Positions 9,552-18,384 of a stretch of 64,000 nucleotides of DNA are shown here, piece after piece. Source of the DNA: Elusimicrobiales bacterium. Its GTDB lineage: Bacteria > Elusimicrobiota > Elusimicrobia > Elusimicrobiales > UBA9959. The translations under genes and the position numbers were made by a program. Every line of letters begins with the position of its first letter. Position 1 is the stretch's first letter. The notes below the pieces were generated by a model. That model made no database searches and was not told the DNA's origin. It saw only the letters and a list, made by a program, of their open reading frames with translations. Where the stretch lies: contig JBFXJL010000008.1 in NCBI GenBank assembly GCA_050174915.1, positions 11,990 to 75,989 on the forward strand, read 5' to 3'.

Positions 9552-12464
9552 ATGTACCAAGGCAGGGAACCGCACGATTTCGAGGACATCCTCAAGGAGA
9601 CCGAGTTAGACTCGGCCAAGATGGTCCTGCGCCTGACTTCCGAGCTCCGTGAGAAGGAGCTGGAGGTGGCCTCCACGCGTTCCCGCAGCTTCGACGAGAT
9701 CCAGCGCAACAACAAGGCCAAGGAGGCCGAGTTCGAGGCGCTGATGCGCGCGCAGGAAGACCGCATCGCCAAGCGCGAGCAGGACCTCGCCCGCCTGCTG
9801 GTGGAGAAGGAATCGGCGCTGTGGCAAAAATACCAGGCCATGCTCGACGACGCCGTGGCCCGCCAGCGCTCGGAGTTCGAATCCGAGCGCGAACTGCTGA
9901 AGGCCGACATCGAAAAGAAAGAAGCGGAACTCGCCGCCCAGAAGAAGAACCTGCGCCTGGAGATGGAAGCCCTTTTCAAGAAATGGGAAACCGAGCGCGA
10001 GGCGGATTTCAAGACCGAGCGCGAGACCTTCATAGAAGAACTCAAGCTGGGCCGCGAGACGGCCAAGAGGGAGGCCCTGGAGCGCGCCCGCCAGATGGAA
10101 GAACTCTGGCGCCAGAAGCTCAGCCAGCAGGAAGCCGACCTCCAGAGCCGCGAGGGCCTGGCCGCCGAGGAGATCCGCAGCCAGATGCGCCGCGAGCGCG
10201 TGGAAGAGCTCAAGAAGCTCAACGACCGCCTGAATTCAGAATTTTCCAAGCGCGAGTCCGAACTCTACGCCCATTACGCCTCCTGGCTGGAAGAGAACAA
10301 GAAGCTCATAGAGGACAAGTACGCCCGCCGCATGAACGCCGCCGAGGCCGAGCACCGCGACCGGGCCTCCAGGCTGGAGGACGCCCTGGCCAAGACCCGC
10401 CAGGAGCTGGACGCCCGGGAGCGGGCCTGGGAAGAGAAATACGCCGAGTTGAAAAAGTTTTACGCCGACAAGGAAGGCGCGCTGGCCGCGGCCGACCGCG
10501 AGCTGCAGGCTCAGCACCTGGTCCGCGAGCGCGAACTGGCCGCCAGGCACGAGCAGCTGGACCGGGAGCTGAAAGAAGAGGCCGCCCGGCGCCGCGAGGC
10601 GCTGGAAAAGAAAGAGCGGAACCTGGAGCAGCAGTTCGCCGCCAACCTGGCGGAGTTCGCCGCCGAGACCGAGCGCCGGATGCGCGGCATAGAGACGCGC
10701 GAGGCGGACCTGGCCAGGCAGCGCGAGGAATCCGCCCGCCTGCGGGCGCAGATAGGCGAGCTGCTGGCGCAGAAACAGCGGGAGCTGGAGCAGACTTTCG
10801 AAGAGCGCAGTTCACTGCTGCGCCAGTCCCTGGAGGAATCCTATAAGATAAAGGAAGGCAGCCTGGCCGGCAAGTACGCGGAGATAGAGCGCCGGTACGC
10901 CGAACTTACAGCCCAGAAGGACGCCGCGCTGGTCAAGGCGGACGGCCTGGCCGCCGAGATAGAGCGCATGAAAGAGGCGCTGCTGTCGCGCGACTCCGAG
11001 GCCAGGAGCGTTATAGACGCGGAGCGGATCCGCCTGGAGGCGGACCTGAAGCGCGCCGAGGAAGGCCTGCGCGCGGACGCCGAAAAATTAAAAGAGGACG
11101 CGCTGCGCCGCGAAGAGGCCGTGCGCGCCGACTACGAGGAGCGCCTGCTGGCCGAGCGCGGCCGCCTGGCCTCGCAGCTGAAAATAAAGGAAGAGGCGCT
11201 GGAGAAAGAGCGCGCCGCGCTGGGTACCAGGGCCGCCGAGATGGAGGTCCGCTTCCTGGAGACGCTCAAGGCCCGCGAAGCCGAAGTTACCGAAAATTTC
11301 CGGGTGCACGTGGAAACCCTCAAGGGCCAGGCCGACGCCGCCAGGCGGGCCTGGGAAGAGGAGCGGGCCGCCCTGGCCGGAGCCACGGAGCAGCAGGCCG
11401 AGAAAGCCCGGGCGGAAGAGGCCGCCGCGGCCGCCCGCCGCGAAGAGGAGCTCAAGGTTTTCTACGAGGCCCGGGAGCGGGAACTGCGGGCCGCCGCCGC
11501 TTCCGCCGGCGCCGCCGCCGAACGGCTGCTGGCCGAGACGTTCTCCGTGCGCGAACAGGACCTGGCCGCCCGGGTGAAGGGCCTGGAAGAGACGCTGGCC
11601 CGGATGACCGAGGAAAACTCGGCGGCGATCGCCTCGGCCGCCGCGCTGAAGGACGAACTGGAGCTGCTGGGCACCCGGCTGGAAGAGAGCGAGCGCGGCC
11701 GCCAGAAGCTGATACAGGAGAACCTGACCAAGGCCCGCGACCTGCGCCAGACGCTGGAGAAAGAATTTTTGGACAAGCTCAAGGACATAGAACAGAATTA
11801 CCTGGAGCAGCTGACGGACCTGACCAAGCGCGGCGACGCGGCGCGCCGGGCCGACCAGGAGGAATACTTCCGCAAGCTGCAGTACGTCAAAGACGATTTC
11901 GAGGGCCGGCTGGCCGCCCAGGCCAAAGACCTGGAAACTTCTTACTTGGAACGCGAGCGCGCCCTGGCCGCCGCGCTGGACAACGCCTACAAGCTTAAGG
12001 AGCGCGCCCTGGAGGCGCGCCAGGCCCAGCTGGAGAGCAACTACCAGGCCGTGCTTTCGGAGAAAGCCACCCGCATCGACACCGACCTGCAGCTGGCCGC
12101 CGACGTCGGGCGCCTGAAGGACGAGCTGGAGCAGAAGAACCGGGCGCTCAAGGAGACCATGGCCGCCCACGACAGCCGCCTGGAAGAACTGGAGGGCAGA
12201 CTGCGCGCCGAGCACGAGGCCCGCAAGAAGAACCTCGAGGACGGCCACCGCATGCGCGCCTCCCAGCTGGAGGCCGAGCGCGCCAAGCTCAAGGGCCTGC
12301 TGGAGCAGGAGCAGAGCCTCGTGAGCGACCTGCAGAAGCGCGAAGCCGCGCTGCAGGAAAGCTACGCCGCCCGCGAGGCGGAGCTTGCGCGGCGGTTCAA
12401 AGAAAGCCGGGAACGGCTGGAAAAAGACTACCAGGAAAAACTGAAAAACCTCAAGGGCCAGTAG
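9552..12464 (+). CDS. giant coiled-coil protein (970 aa), paralog 2
   Basis: Same composition and repeat unit as the upstream gene, with a related C-terminal tail (LEKDYQEKLKNLKGQ versus LEKDHEEKIRELQEKLRLK). Confidence 0.8.
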   Translation: MYQGREPHDFEDILKETELDSAKMVLRLTSELREKELEVASTRSRSFDEIQRNNKAKEAEFEALMRAQEDRIAKREQDLARLLVEKESALWQKYQAMLDDAVARQRSEFESERELLKADIEKKEAELAAQKKNLRLEMEALFKKWETEREADFKTERETFIEELKLGRETAKREALERARQMEELWRQKLSQQEADLQSREGLAAEEIRSQMRRERVEELKKLNDRLNSEFSKRESELYAHYASWLEENKKLIEDKYARRMNAAEAEHRDRASRLEDALAKTRQELDARERAWEEKYAELKKFYADKEGALAAADRELQAQHLVRERELAARHEQLDRELKEEAARRREALEKKERNLEQQFAANLAEFAAETERRMRGIETREADLARQREESARLRAQIGELLAQKQRELEQTFEERSSLLRQSLEESYKIKEGSLAGKYAEIERRYAELTAQKDAALVKADGLAAEIERMKEALLSRDSEARSVIDAERIRLEADLKRAEEGLRADAEKLKEDALRREEAVRADYEERLLAERGRLASQLKIKEEALEKERAALGTRAAEMEVRFLETLKAREAEVTENFRVHVETLKGQADAARRAWEEERAALAGATEQQAEKARAEEAAAAARREEELKVFYEARERELRAAAASAGAAAERLLAETFSVREQDLAARVKGLEETLARMTEENSAAIASAAALKDELELLGTRLEESERGRQKLIQENLTKARDLRQTLEKEFLDKLKDIEQNYLEQLTDLTKRGDAARRADQEEYFRKLQYVKDDFEGRLAAQAKDLETSYLERERALAAALDNAYKLKERALEARQAQLESNYQAVLSEKATRIDTDLQLAADVGRLKDELEQKNRALKETMAAHDSRLEELEGRLRAEHEARKKNLEDGHRMRASQLEAERAKLKGLLEQEQSLVSDLQKREAALQESYAAREAELARRFKESRERLEKDYQEKLKNLKGQ

Positions 12465-12629
12465 CCGCCCGCCCCCGCGCGCCCGCGCGGTAATTTCCCC
12501 AGCGAAAAATCCGCGCGGTCCGCCCGAAAATCACCCGTCGTAATTTTTTAATTTTCAAAAATATTTGTATATAATTTCAATGCGTTATTTGGCGCGTAGT
12601 CTATTATAGAAAAGGCGGTGAAACTTGAA

Positions 12630-14087
12630 ATGAAACAATTCGACAAAAAGATACTGTTCATAGGTTACGGCTCCGTGGCGCAGTGCGCCTTGCCGATGCT
12701 TTTCAAGCTGTTAAAGGTGCCGGCCAAAAATATCACCGTTATGGATTTCGAGGACAAGCGCGAAGCTCTCAAACCCATGCTGGCCAAGGGCGTGAAATAT
12801 GTGCGCGCTAAGGTAGACAAGAAGAACATGGGCGCGCTGCTCGGCAAATACCTCAAAGCCGGGGACCTGCTCATAGACCTGGCCTGGAACATAGACGCCT
12901 GCGAGATCCTGCAGTGGTGCCACGACCGCGGCGTGCTCTACATCAACACCTCCACCGAACTGTGGGACCCCTACGAGGGCGCGCAGGACAAGCACCCCAC
13001 CGAGCGCACCCTGTACGTGCGCCACATGGCCCTGCGCAAGATGGTCGCCGGCTGGAAAAAGGTCGGTCCGACCGCCATCATCGAGCACGGCGCCAACCCC
13101 GGCCTGATCTCCCATTTCGCCAAGAAGGGCCTCATCGACATCGCCACCAAGCTGCTGGCCGATAAAAAAGTGAAGGGCGCCAAGGCCGAGCGGCTGAGCC
13201 AGCTGGTGAAGGACCAGGTCTTCAACGAGATCTCCAAAGAGGTCGGCGTGAAGGTCATCCACGTCAGCGAGCGCGACACCCAGATCACCAACAAGCCCAA
13301 GCAGGTCAACGAGTTCGTCAACACCTGGAGCGTGGAAGGCTTCCGCGAGGAAGGCGTGGCGCCGGCCGAGCTGGGCTGGGGCACGCACGAGAAGACCCTG
13401 CCGCCTTTCGCCTGCGAGCACAAGAGCGGCCCCAAGAACCAGATCTGCATCGCCCGCATGGGCATGAACACCTGGATCAGCACCTGGGTACCCAACTACT
13501 GCATCCACGGCATGCTGGTGCGTCACGGCGAGGCGTTCACCCTCTCAGACAAACTGACCGTCTGGAAGAACGGGCGCGCCGTGTACCGCCCCACCGTGCA
13601 CTACGCCTACTGCCCGTCGGACTCCGCCATCGCCTCGCTCAACGAGCTGCGCGGCTACGACTACAAGCTGCAGCCCAAAGTTCGCATCCTCGGCGACGAG
13701 ATTATAAGCGGCTACGACACGCTCGGCGCCCTGCTGATGGGCCACGACTACAACGCCTGGTGGACCGGCACCATCCTCGGCATCGACGAGAGCCGCAAGC
13801 TCATCCCGCACCAGAACGCCACGACCATCCAGGTGGCCATCGGCGTGCTCTCCGCCGCCCTGTGGATGATGGAGAACCCCGAGGAAGGCTTCTGCGTGCC
13901 GGAGGACCTGCCGCACGACTTCGTGCTCAAGATCGCCAAGCCCTGGCTGGGCAAGCTGCATTCGGCCCAGTCCGACTGGACGCCCCTGAAGCACTACACC
14001 AACGCCTTCCACGGCTACAATAACCCGTACGTGGACAAGAAGGACCCCTGGCAGTTCAAGAACTTCCTGATCACCGACGGCGACTAA
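12630..14087 (+). CDS. hss: homospermidine synthase
   Basis: Strong resemblance to bacterial Hss: GYGSVAQCALP Rossmann start, VNTWSVEGFREEGVAPAELGWGTHE, HYAYCPSD, DPWQFKNFL C-terminus. ATG 12630 is preferred over the track's GTG 12618, which abuts the SD-like AAGGCGG. Confidence 0.85.
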   Translation: MKQFDKKILFIGYGSVAQCALPMLFKLLKVPAKNITVMDFEDKREALKPMLAKGVKYVRAKVDKKNMGALLGKYLKAGDLLIDLAWNIDACEILQWCHDRGVLYINTSTELWDPYEGAQDKHPTERTLYVRHMALRKMVAGWKKVGPTAIIEHGANPGLISHFAKKGLIDIATKLLADKKVKGAKAERLSQLVKDQVFNEISKEVGVKVIHVSERDTQITNKPKQVNEFVNTWSVEGFREEGVAPAELGWGTHEKTLPPFACEHKSGPKNQICIARMGMNTWISTWVPNYCIHGMLVRHGEAFTLSDKLTVWKNGRAVYRPTVHYAYCPSDSAIASLNELRGYDYKLQPKVRILGDEIISGYDTLGALLMGHDYNAWWTGTILGIDESRKLIPHQNATTIQVAIGVLSAALWMMENPEEGFCVPEDLPHDFVLKIAKPWLGKLHSAQSDWTPLKHYTNAFHGYNNPYVDKKDPWQFKNFLITDGD

Positions 14088-14093
14088 GCTCCC

Positions 14094-14125
14094 GCGGGCC
14101 CGGCCGCAAAGCCGGGCCCGCTTTT
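14094..14125 (+). terminator. intrinsic terminator after hss
   Basis: GCGGGCCCGGC-cgcaaa-GCCGGGCCCGC followed by TTTT. Confidence 0.65.
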
Positions 14126-14176
14126 CAGTTTTGCGGCACCTATCACAGCGAACAAGGAGAAACCACAGACAAGAGT

Positions 14177-15325
14177 ATGATCACAAAGAAACAGATGCAG
14201 GACCTCGCCAAGAAGCACGGCACGCCCCTTTTCATCGTCGACCACGATGAAATTCGCAAGAACTACGCGCAGTTCAAGAAATACCTGCCGCGCGTGCAGG
14301 CCTACTACGCGGTGAAGTGCGAACCGATGCCCGAGATCGTGAAGACGCTCTACAAGGCGGGCGCCAGTTTCGACGTGGCCTCCATGCCCGAGTTCATGAT
14401 AGTGCACGAGTACATCAAGAACATGCCGGACAAGAAACGCCTGGCCTGGATCTGGGACAAGATCATCTACGCCAACCCTATAAAGCCGATCGAGACGCTG
14501 AAAGAGCTGGACCAGTACCGGCCCCTCGTAACTTTCGACAACCTGGAAGAGATCCACAAGATCAAGAAGCACGCTCCCCACGCCGGCCTGTGCCTGCGCA
14601 TCCGCGTGCCCAACACGGGCGCGGTGGTGGAGCTCTCCTCCAAATTCGGCGCGTCCCCCGGCGAGGCCGTGGACCTTATCCTCGAGGCCGTGCGGCAGGG
14701 CCTCGGCGTAGAGGGCCTGAGTTTCCACGTGGGCAGCCAGACCACCAACTTCGAGAACTACGTGCAGGCCATCAACCTGGCCGCCGACATCTTCAAGGAA
14801 GCCAAGGAACGCGGCTACGACAAGATGAACCTCCTCGACATCGGCGGCGGCTTCCCGGCCCCGTACGATTCTTCCGTGAAGCCGTTCCAGCAGCTGGCCA
14901 AGACCATCAACTCCGAGCTGGAGCGCCTGTTCCCGGACCCGAAGATAGAAATCCTGGCCGAGCCGGGCCGCTTCATGATAGCGACCGCCGGCACCTCGGT
15001 GGTGCGCATCAACGGCAAGACCGTGCGAGACGGCAAGACCTGCTACTACGTCAACGATGGAGCCTACCACACATACTCGGGCATCATCTTCGACCACCAG
15101 CACTGCAACATGTTCTCCTTCCGCAAGGGCAAGAAGGAAGAGAACTGCGCCGTGTTCGGCCCCACCTGCGACGCGCTGGACGTGATCTCCACCGCGATGC
15201 CGCTGCCGACGGACCTGCAGCTGGGCGAACTTATGTACAGCACCAACATGGGCGCGTACAGCCACGCCTCGTCCACCTGGTTCAACGGCTTCCCGCCGGC
15301 GAAAGTGGTGCACGTCAACAAGTAG
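14177..15325 (+). CDS. PLP-dependent ornithine/lysine decarboxylase (alanine-racemase fold, eukaryote-type ODC family)
   Basis: YAVKCEPMPEIVKTLYKAGASFDVAS (PLP-Lys region), GGGFP, and a C-terminal GPTCDALD active-site Cys region. Confidence 0.8.
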   Translation: MITKKQMQDLAKKHGTPLFIVDHDEIRKNYAQFKKYLPRVQAYYAVKCEPMPEIVKTLYKAGASFDVASMPEFMIVHEYIKNMPDKKRLAWIWDKIIYANPIKPIETLKELDQYRPLVTFDNLEEIHKIKKHAPHAGLCLRIRVPNTGAVVELSSKFGASPGEAVDLILEAVRQGLGVEGLSFHVGSQTTNFENYVQAINLAADIFKEAKERGYDKMNLLDIGGGFPAPYDSSVKPFQQLAKTINSELERLFPDPKIEILAEPGRFMIATAGTSVVRINGKTVRDGKTCYYVNDGAYHTYSGIIFDHQHCNMFSFRKGKKEENCAVFGPTCDALDVISTAMPLPTDLQLGELMYSTNMGAYSHASSTWFNGFPPAKVVHVNK

Positions 15326-15347
15326 CCCCGGGCGCGAGCCCCAAGAG

Positions 15348-15380
15348 AATACCGCGGGCCCGCCCCGCGGTATTTTTTTA
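15348..15380 (+). terminator. intrinsic terminator after the decarboxylase gene
   Basis: AATACCGCGG-gcccgcc-CCGCGGTATT followed by TTTTTTT. Confidence 0.75.
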
Positions 15381-15381
15381 T

Positions 15382-15387
15382 TATAAT
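15382..15387 (+). promoter_or_regulatory. -10 hexamer TATAAT positioned 6 nt before the pdaD ATG (leaderless-type arrangement)
   Basis: TATAAT-TAGACT-ATG with no Shine-Dalgarno. Confidence 0.4.
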
Positions 15388-15393
15388 TAGACT

Positions 15394-15945
15394 ATGTCAC
15401 TACACCTCGTACCCAAAGAAGTTTTTCTTACGAAGGGCCTCGGCCGCCATAAGGAAAAGCTGGCGAGCTTCGAGGAGGCCCTCCGGGACGCCAAGATCGC
15501 CAAGTACAACCTTGTGCACGTCTCCAGCATCTTCCCCCCTTACTGCAAGGTCATCCCCGCCAAGAAAGGCCTGGCCAAGCTCAGCGACGGGCAGATCCTG
15601 CACTGCGTGCTCAGCCGCAACACTATCAACGAGAACCACCGCCTGATAGCCGCCTCGGTGGGCCTGGCCGTGCCGAAGGACAAATCCCATTACGGCTACA
15701 TTTCCGAACACCACACCTTCGGCGAGACCGACGAGAAGACCGGCGACTACGCCGAAGACCTCGCGGCCATGATGTTATCCACCATCCAGGGCGTGGAGTT
15801 CGGCAGCGACACCACCTGGGACCAGAAGGAAGAGATCTGGAAGCTCAGCGGCAAGATCGTGCGCGCGGCCAACATCACCCAGTCGGCCATAGGCACCGAG
15901 GGCGTCTGGACCACCACCGTGGCCGCCGCCGTCTTCCTCTTCTGA
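15394..15945 (+). CDS. pdaD: pyruvoyl-dependent arginine decarboxylase
   Basis: Typical PdaD N-terminus (VPKEVFLTKGLGRHKEKLASFEEALRDAKIAKYNLVHVSSIFPP) including the self-cleavage Ser-Ser. Confidence 0.85.
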   Translation: MSLHLVPKEVFLTKGLGRHKEKLASFEEALRDAKIAKYNLVHVSSIFPPYCKVIPAKKGLAKLSDGQILHCVLSRNTINENHRLIAASVGLAVPKDKSHYGYISEHHTFGETDEKTGDYAEDLAAMMLSTIQGVEFGSDTTWDQKEEIWKLSGKIVRAANITQSAIGTEGVWTTTVAAAVFLF

Positions 15946-16015
15946 CGCTTTAACCCTGCAGGCGGGGCCAGGGCGCCGCAACGCCCCGCATCTTCGGGCA
16001 TTCAACGGAGACACC

Positions 16016-16876
16016 ATGAAATTCAAACCGGCTAAAAAACAGTTCATGCGCAACGACGGCGTAAGCCTGGAGCGCGCGGCTTTCGCGGTACTGCCGGTAC
16101 CTTACGAGCGCACCGTTTCGTACGGCAAGGGCACCCGGCGCGGCCCGGCCGCCATCATTGAGGCCTCCCCGCAGGTGGAACTGTGGGATGAGGAGACCAA
16201 GACCGAGACCTGGAAGCGGGGCATCTTCACCGCGCAGCCGGTGGACTGCTCCCTGCCGGAAGCGAAGTTCTTCCTGCACCTCGAGGGCGTAGTGGAAGGA
16301 CTGCTGTCGGCCACAAAGGCCGTCCCGTTCTTCCTGGGCGGCGAGCACAGCATAACCCAGGCCCTGCTGCCGCCTTTCATCCGCCGGCACAAGGACCTGT
16401 CGATCCTGCATTTCGACGCGCACGCGGACCTGCGGCTGGAATACCGCGGCTCCCGGCACAGCCACGCCTGCGCCGTCTACCCGGCCTCCCGCAGCAACAA
16501 GGTGGTGCAGGTAGGCATCCGCAGCGTGGGCCACGACGAGCGGCAGTTCCACAACGCCGGCAACGTGCGCACCTTCCTGATGCACGAGAACCTGGACCTG
16601 AAGAAGTTGGAAAGGGACGTGCTGCGCGAGCTGAGCGGCACGGTGTACCTCACGCTGGACTCGGACGGCTTCGACCCGTCGGTCATGCCGGGTACCGGCA
16701 CGCCGCAGCCCGGCGGCTTCCAGTGGTACGACGCGCTGCGCCTGTTCAAGGCCGTCTGCGCGAAAAAGCGCGTGGTGGGCGTGGACCTGGTGGAGGTGTC
16801 CCCCGTAAAGGGCTCCAACATCTCGGAGTTCAACGCGGCCAAGCTGGTCTACCGGCTGATGGGCTATTTAAGTTAG
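16016..16876 (+). CDS. speB: agmatinase (arginase/ureohydrolase family)
   Basis: Mn-ligand motifs HFDAHADLR, LTLDSDGFDP and LVEVSP. 286 aa. Sits next to pdaD. Confidence 0.8.
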   Translation: MKFKPAKKQFMRNDGVSLERAAFAVLPVPYERTVSYGKGTRRGPAAIIEASPQVELWDEETKTETWKRGIFTAQPVDCSLPEAKFFLHLEGVVEGLLSATKAVPFFLGGEHSITQALLPPFIRRHKDLSILHFDAHADLRLEYRGSRHSHACAVYPASRSNKVVQVGIRSVGHDERQFHNAGNVRTFLMHENLDLKKLERDVLRELSGTVYLTLDSDGFDPSVMPGTGTPQPGGFQWYDALRLFKAVCAKKRVVGVDLVEVSPVKGSNISEFNAAKLVYRLMGYLS

Positions 16877-16894
16877 TCCGGCCCAGGCCAATAG

Positions 16895-16927
16895 AAAAAC
16901 CGCGGGACAGCCCGCGGTTTTTCTATT
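16895..16927. terminator. bidirectional intrinsic terminator
   Basis: AAAAACCGCGGG-acag-CCCGCGGTTTTT between convergent genes. Confidence 0.75.
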
Positions 16928-16943
16928 TTCGCCCGGAGAGCGC

Positions 16944-17237
16944 CTAGGGCAGCACCGAAGCCAGCCAGGGCACCTCGGCTTTGGCGGCGGCCAAGGCCTC
17001 GTCCAGACCGCCGTATTCCTCCACGTGGCCGTGCTTCATGGGGATCCAGCAGGCGTTCATCGTCCGGTCGTCGTAGACCTCCTCCCGGAAGCCGCAGACT
17101 CCGTCTTCCTCTCTCCGGAAGAAACAGACCCGGTGCTTGCCGTCAGGCGCGTGCAGCGTCCTCACCAGTTTCACGGTGCCGCCGGCCGGTGTACCGGTAA
17201 AGAGAGCCGCTACCGCTTTGAGCATTTTTTCCAGCAT
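16944..17237 (-). CDS. hypothetical protein (97 aa)
   Basis: ORF only. 15 nt downstream of the dehydrogenase-like gene on the same strand. No recognisable motif. Confidence 0.45.
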   Translation of the reverse strand: MLEKMLKAVAALFTGTPAGGTVKLVRTLHAPDGKHRVCFFRREEDGVCGFREEVYDDRTMNACWIPMKHGHVEEYGGLDEALAAAKAEVPWLASVLP

Positions 17238-17252
17238 GCGCCCCCCGCAACC

Positions 17253-18362
17253 CTAAAAGTTTTCCAGCGAGTCGAACTCCGAAACCTTTTTCTTCTCCAT
17301 CAAATGGCCCATGTCGCGGCTGAACGCGAAGGGCCCCTTGGGCCAGCCGAAAGCCAGTTTCACGGCCGTCTCTATGTCGTACTCAGAGGCCATAATCTCG
17401 GAGGCCAGCAATTTCGCCTCCTCCACCACGGGGCGCATGATCTCGGCGAAGATGTCGTCCTTAAAAGTCTTCTTCAGCCCCAGGTACTTGACCAGATTGG
17501 GCAGGATGGGGTTCTCGCCCACTATGCGGCCTTCCTCGTAAATATAAAAGCCTATCGTGGATTTGCGGCCCAGCTGGCCGTACTGCACCAGCCGCTGCAG
17601 CGTGGCGGAAGGCGCCAGCCGCTCGGGCTTGCCCAGCGCGTTGTAGAGGGCCTCGGAGGCGGCGTAGTCCGAATCCAGGCCGGCGCAGTCCGCCATCTCG
17701 AACGGGCCCAGCGGCGCGCCGGACACTTCCCGGAAAGCGGCGTCTATCTCGTGCGGGTGGCCCTTGCCCGAATCCATCAGGCGCAGCGCGGCCAGCAGGA
17801 AAGGCCGGGTAAGCCGCTCCACCACCTGGCCGGGGTTGTCCTTGGTGATCACCGGGGTCTTGCCGATCTTGCGCAGCAGCGCGGCGGCGGCCTCGAGATA
17901 TTCGTCTTTGGTATGGTCCGTGCGCACCACTTCCACCAGCGGGTTGGAGCGCACCGGTTTTATGAAATGGAAGCCCAGCGTGCGCTCGTTAGGCAGCTCA
18001 CCGAAACCTATCACCGCGGAGAGCGGCTGCACGGCGCAGCGCGCCGCCACTACGCAGTGCTGGTCCAAATGCTTGCGCAGCTTGGAGAAATAGAGGCGAC
18101 GCTCGTCCTGCGACTTGGAGGCGGCCTCTATGACGATGTCGGCCCCGCTGAACTTGGAGAGGTCCTGTATGCCCTCGATGTTGCCCAGCAGCTCTTCCTT
18201 GCCGGCCTGCCGCAGGGACCAGGAGATCTTGGCCAGCGCCACCGAGAGGCTGTCCTTGAAATCGTCGTAGAGGCGCACCTGGAAGCCGTGCTTGACGAAC
18301 AGCTCGGCCGCCGCGGCGCCGGTTGTGTTGGAGCCCATGATCCCGATAGCGTTGATTTCCAT
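17253..18362 (-). CDS. 3-hydroxyacyl-CoA dehydrogenase family protein with duplicated C-terminal domain and degenerate N-terminal motifs
   Basis: GFHFIKPVRSNPLVEVV, KDNPGQVVERL, PLGPFEMADCAGLD and LGRKSTIGFYIYE match the family. The Rossmann glycine motif (GIMGSNTTG) is atypical, and the SNTS region is replaced by AARCAVQPLS. Confidence 0.7.
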   Translation of the reverse strand: MEINAIGIMGSNTTGAAAAELFVKHGFQVRLYDDFKDSLSVALAKISWSLRQAGKEELLGNIEGIQDLSKFSGADIVIEAASKSQDERRLYFSKLRKHLDQHCVVAARCAVQPLSAVIGFGELPNERTLGFHFIKPVRSNPLVEVVRTDHTKDEYLEAAAALLRKIGKTPVITKDNPGQVVERLTRPFLLAALRLMDSGKGHPHEIDAAFREVSGAPLGPFEMADCAGLDSDYAASEALYNALGKPERLAPSATLQRLVQYGQLGRKSTIGFYIYEEGRIVGENPILPNLVKYLGLKKTFKDDIFAEIMRPVVEEAKLLASEIMASEYDIETAVKLAFGWPKGPFAFSRDMGHLMEKKKVSEFDSLENF

Positions 18363-18384
18363 AGTTGCGAAGTCCCGGGGCCGC

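Noticed and set aside
6375-9575. Very long antisense and alternate-frame ORFs across the coiled-coil genes (for example 6375..8399 minus, 674 aa; 8526..9575 minus, 349 aa; 6587..7732 plus, 381 aa; 11088..12248 minus, 386 aa).
   Set aside because: They translate to low-complexity Leu/Gly/Ala/Arg/Pro strings, which is typical of the reverse or shifted frame of GAG/AAG/CTG/GCC-rich coding DNA. They have no Shine-Dalgarno. The forward frames have a GGAGG Shine-Dalgarno and coherent helical sequence.
12618-12629. The GTG start proposed by the track for hss.
   Set aside because: The GTG directly abuts the SD-like AAGGCGG with zero spacing. The ATG at 12630 has about 12-nt spacing and yields the conserved MKQFDKKILFIGYGSV start. 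The choice remains uncertain.
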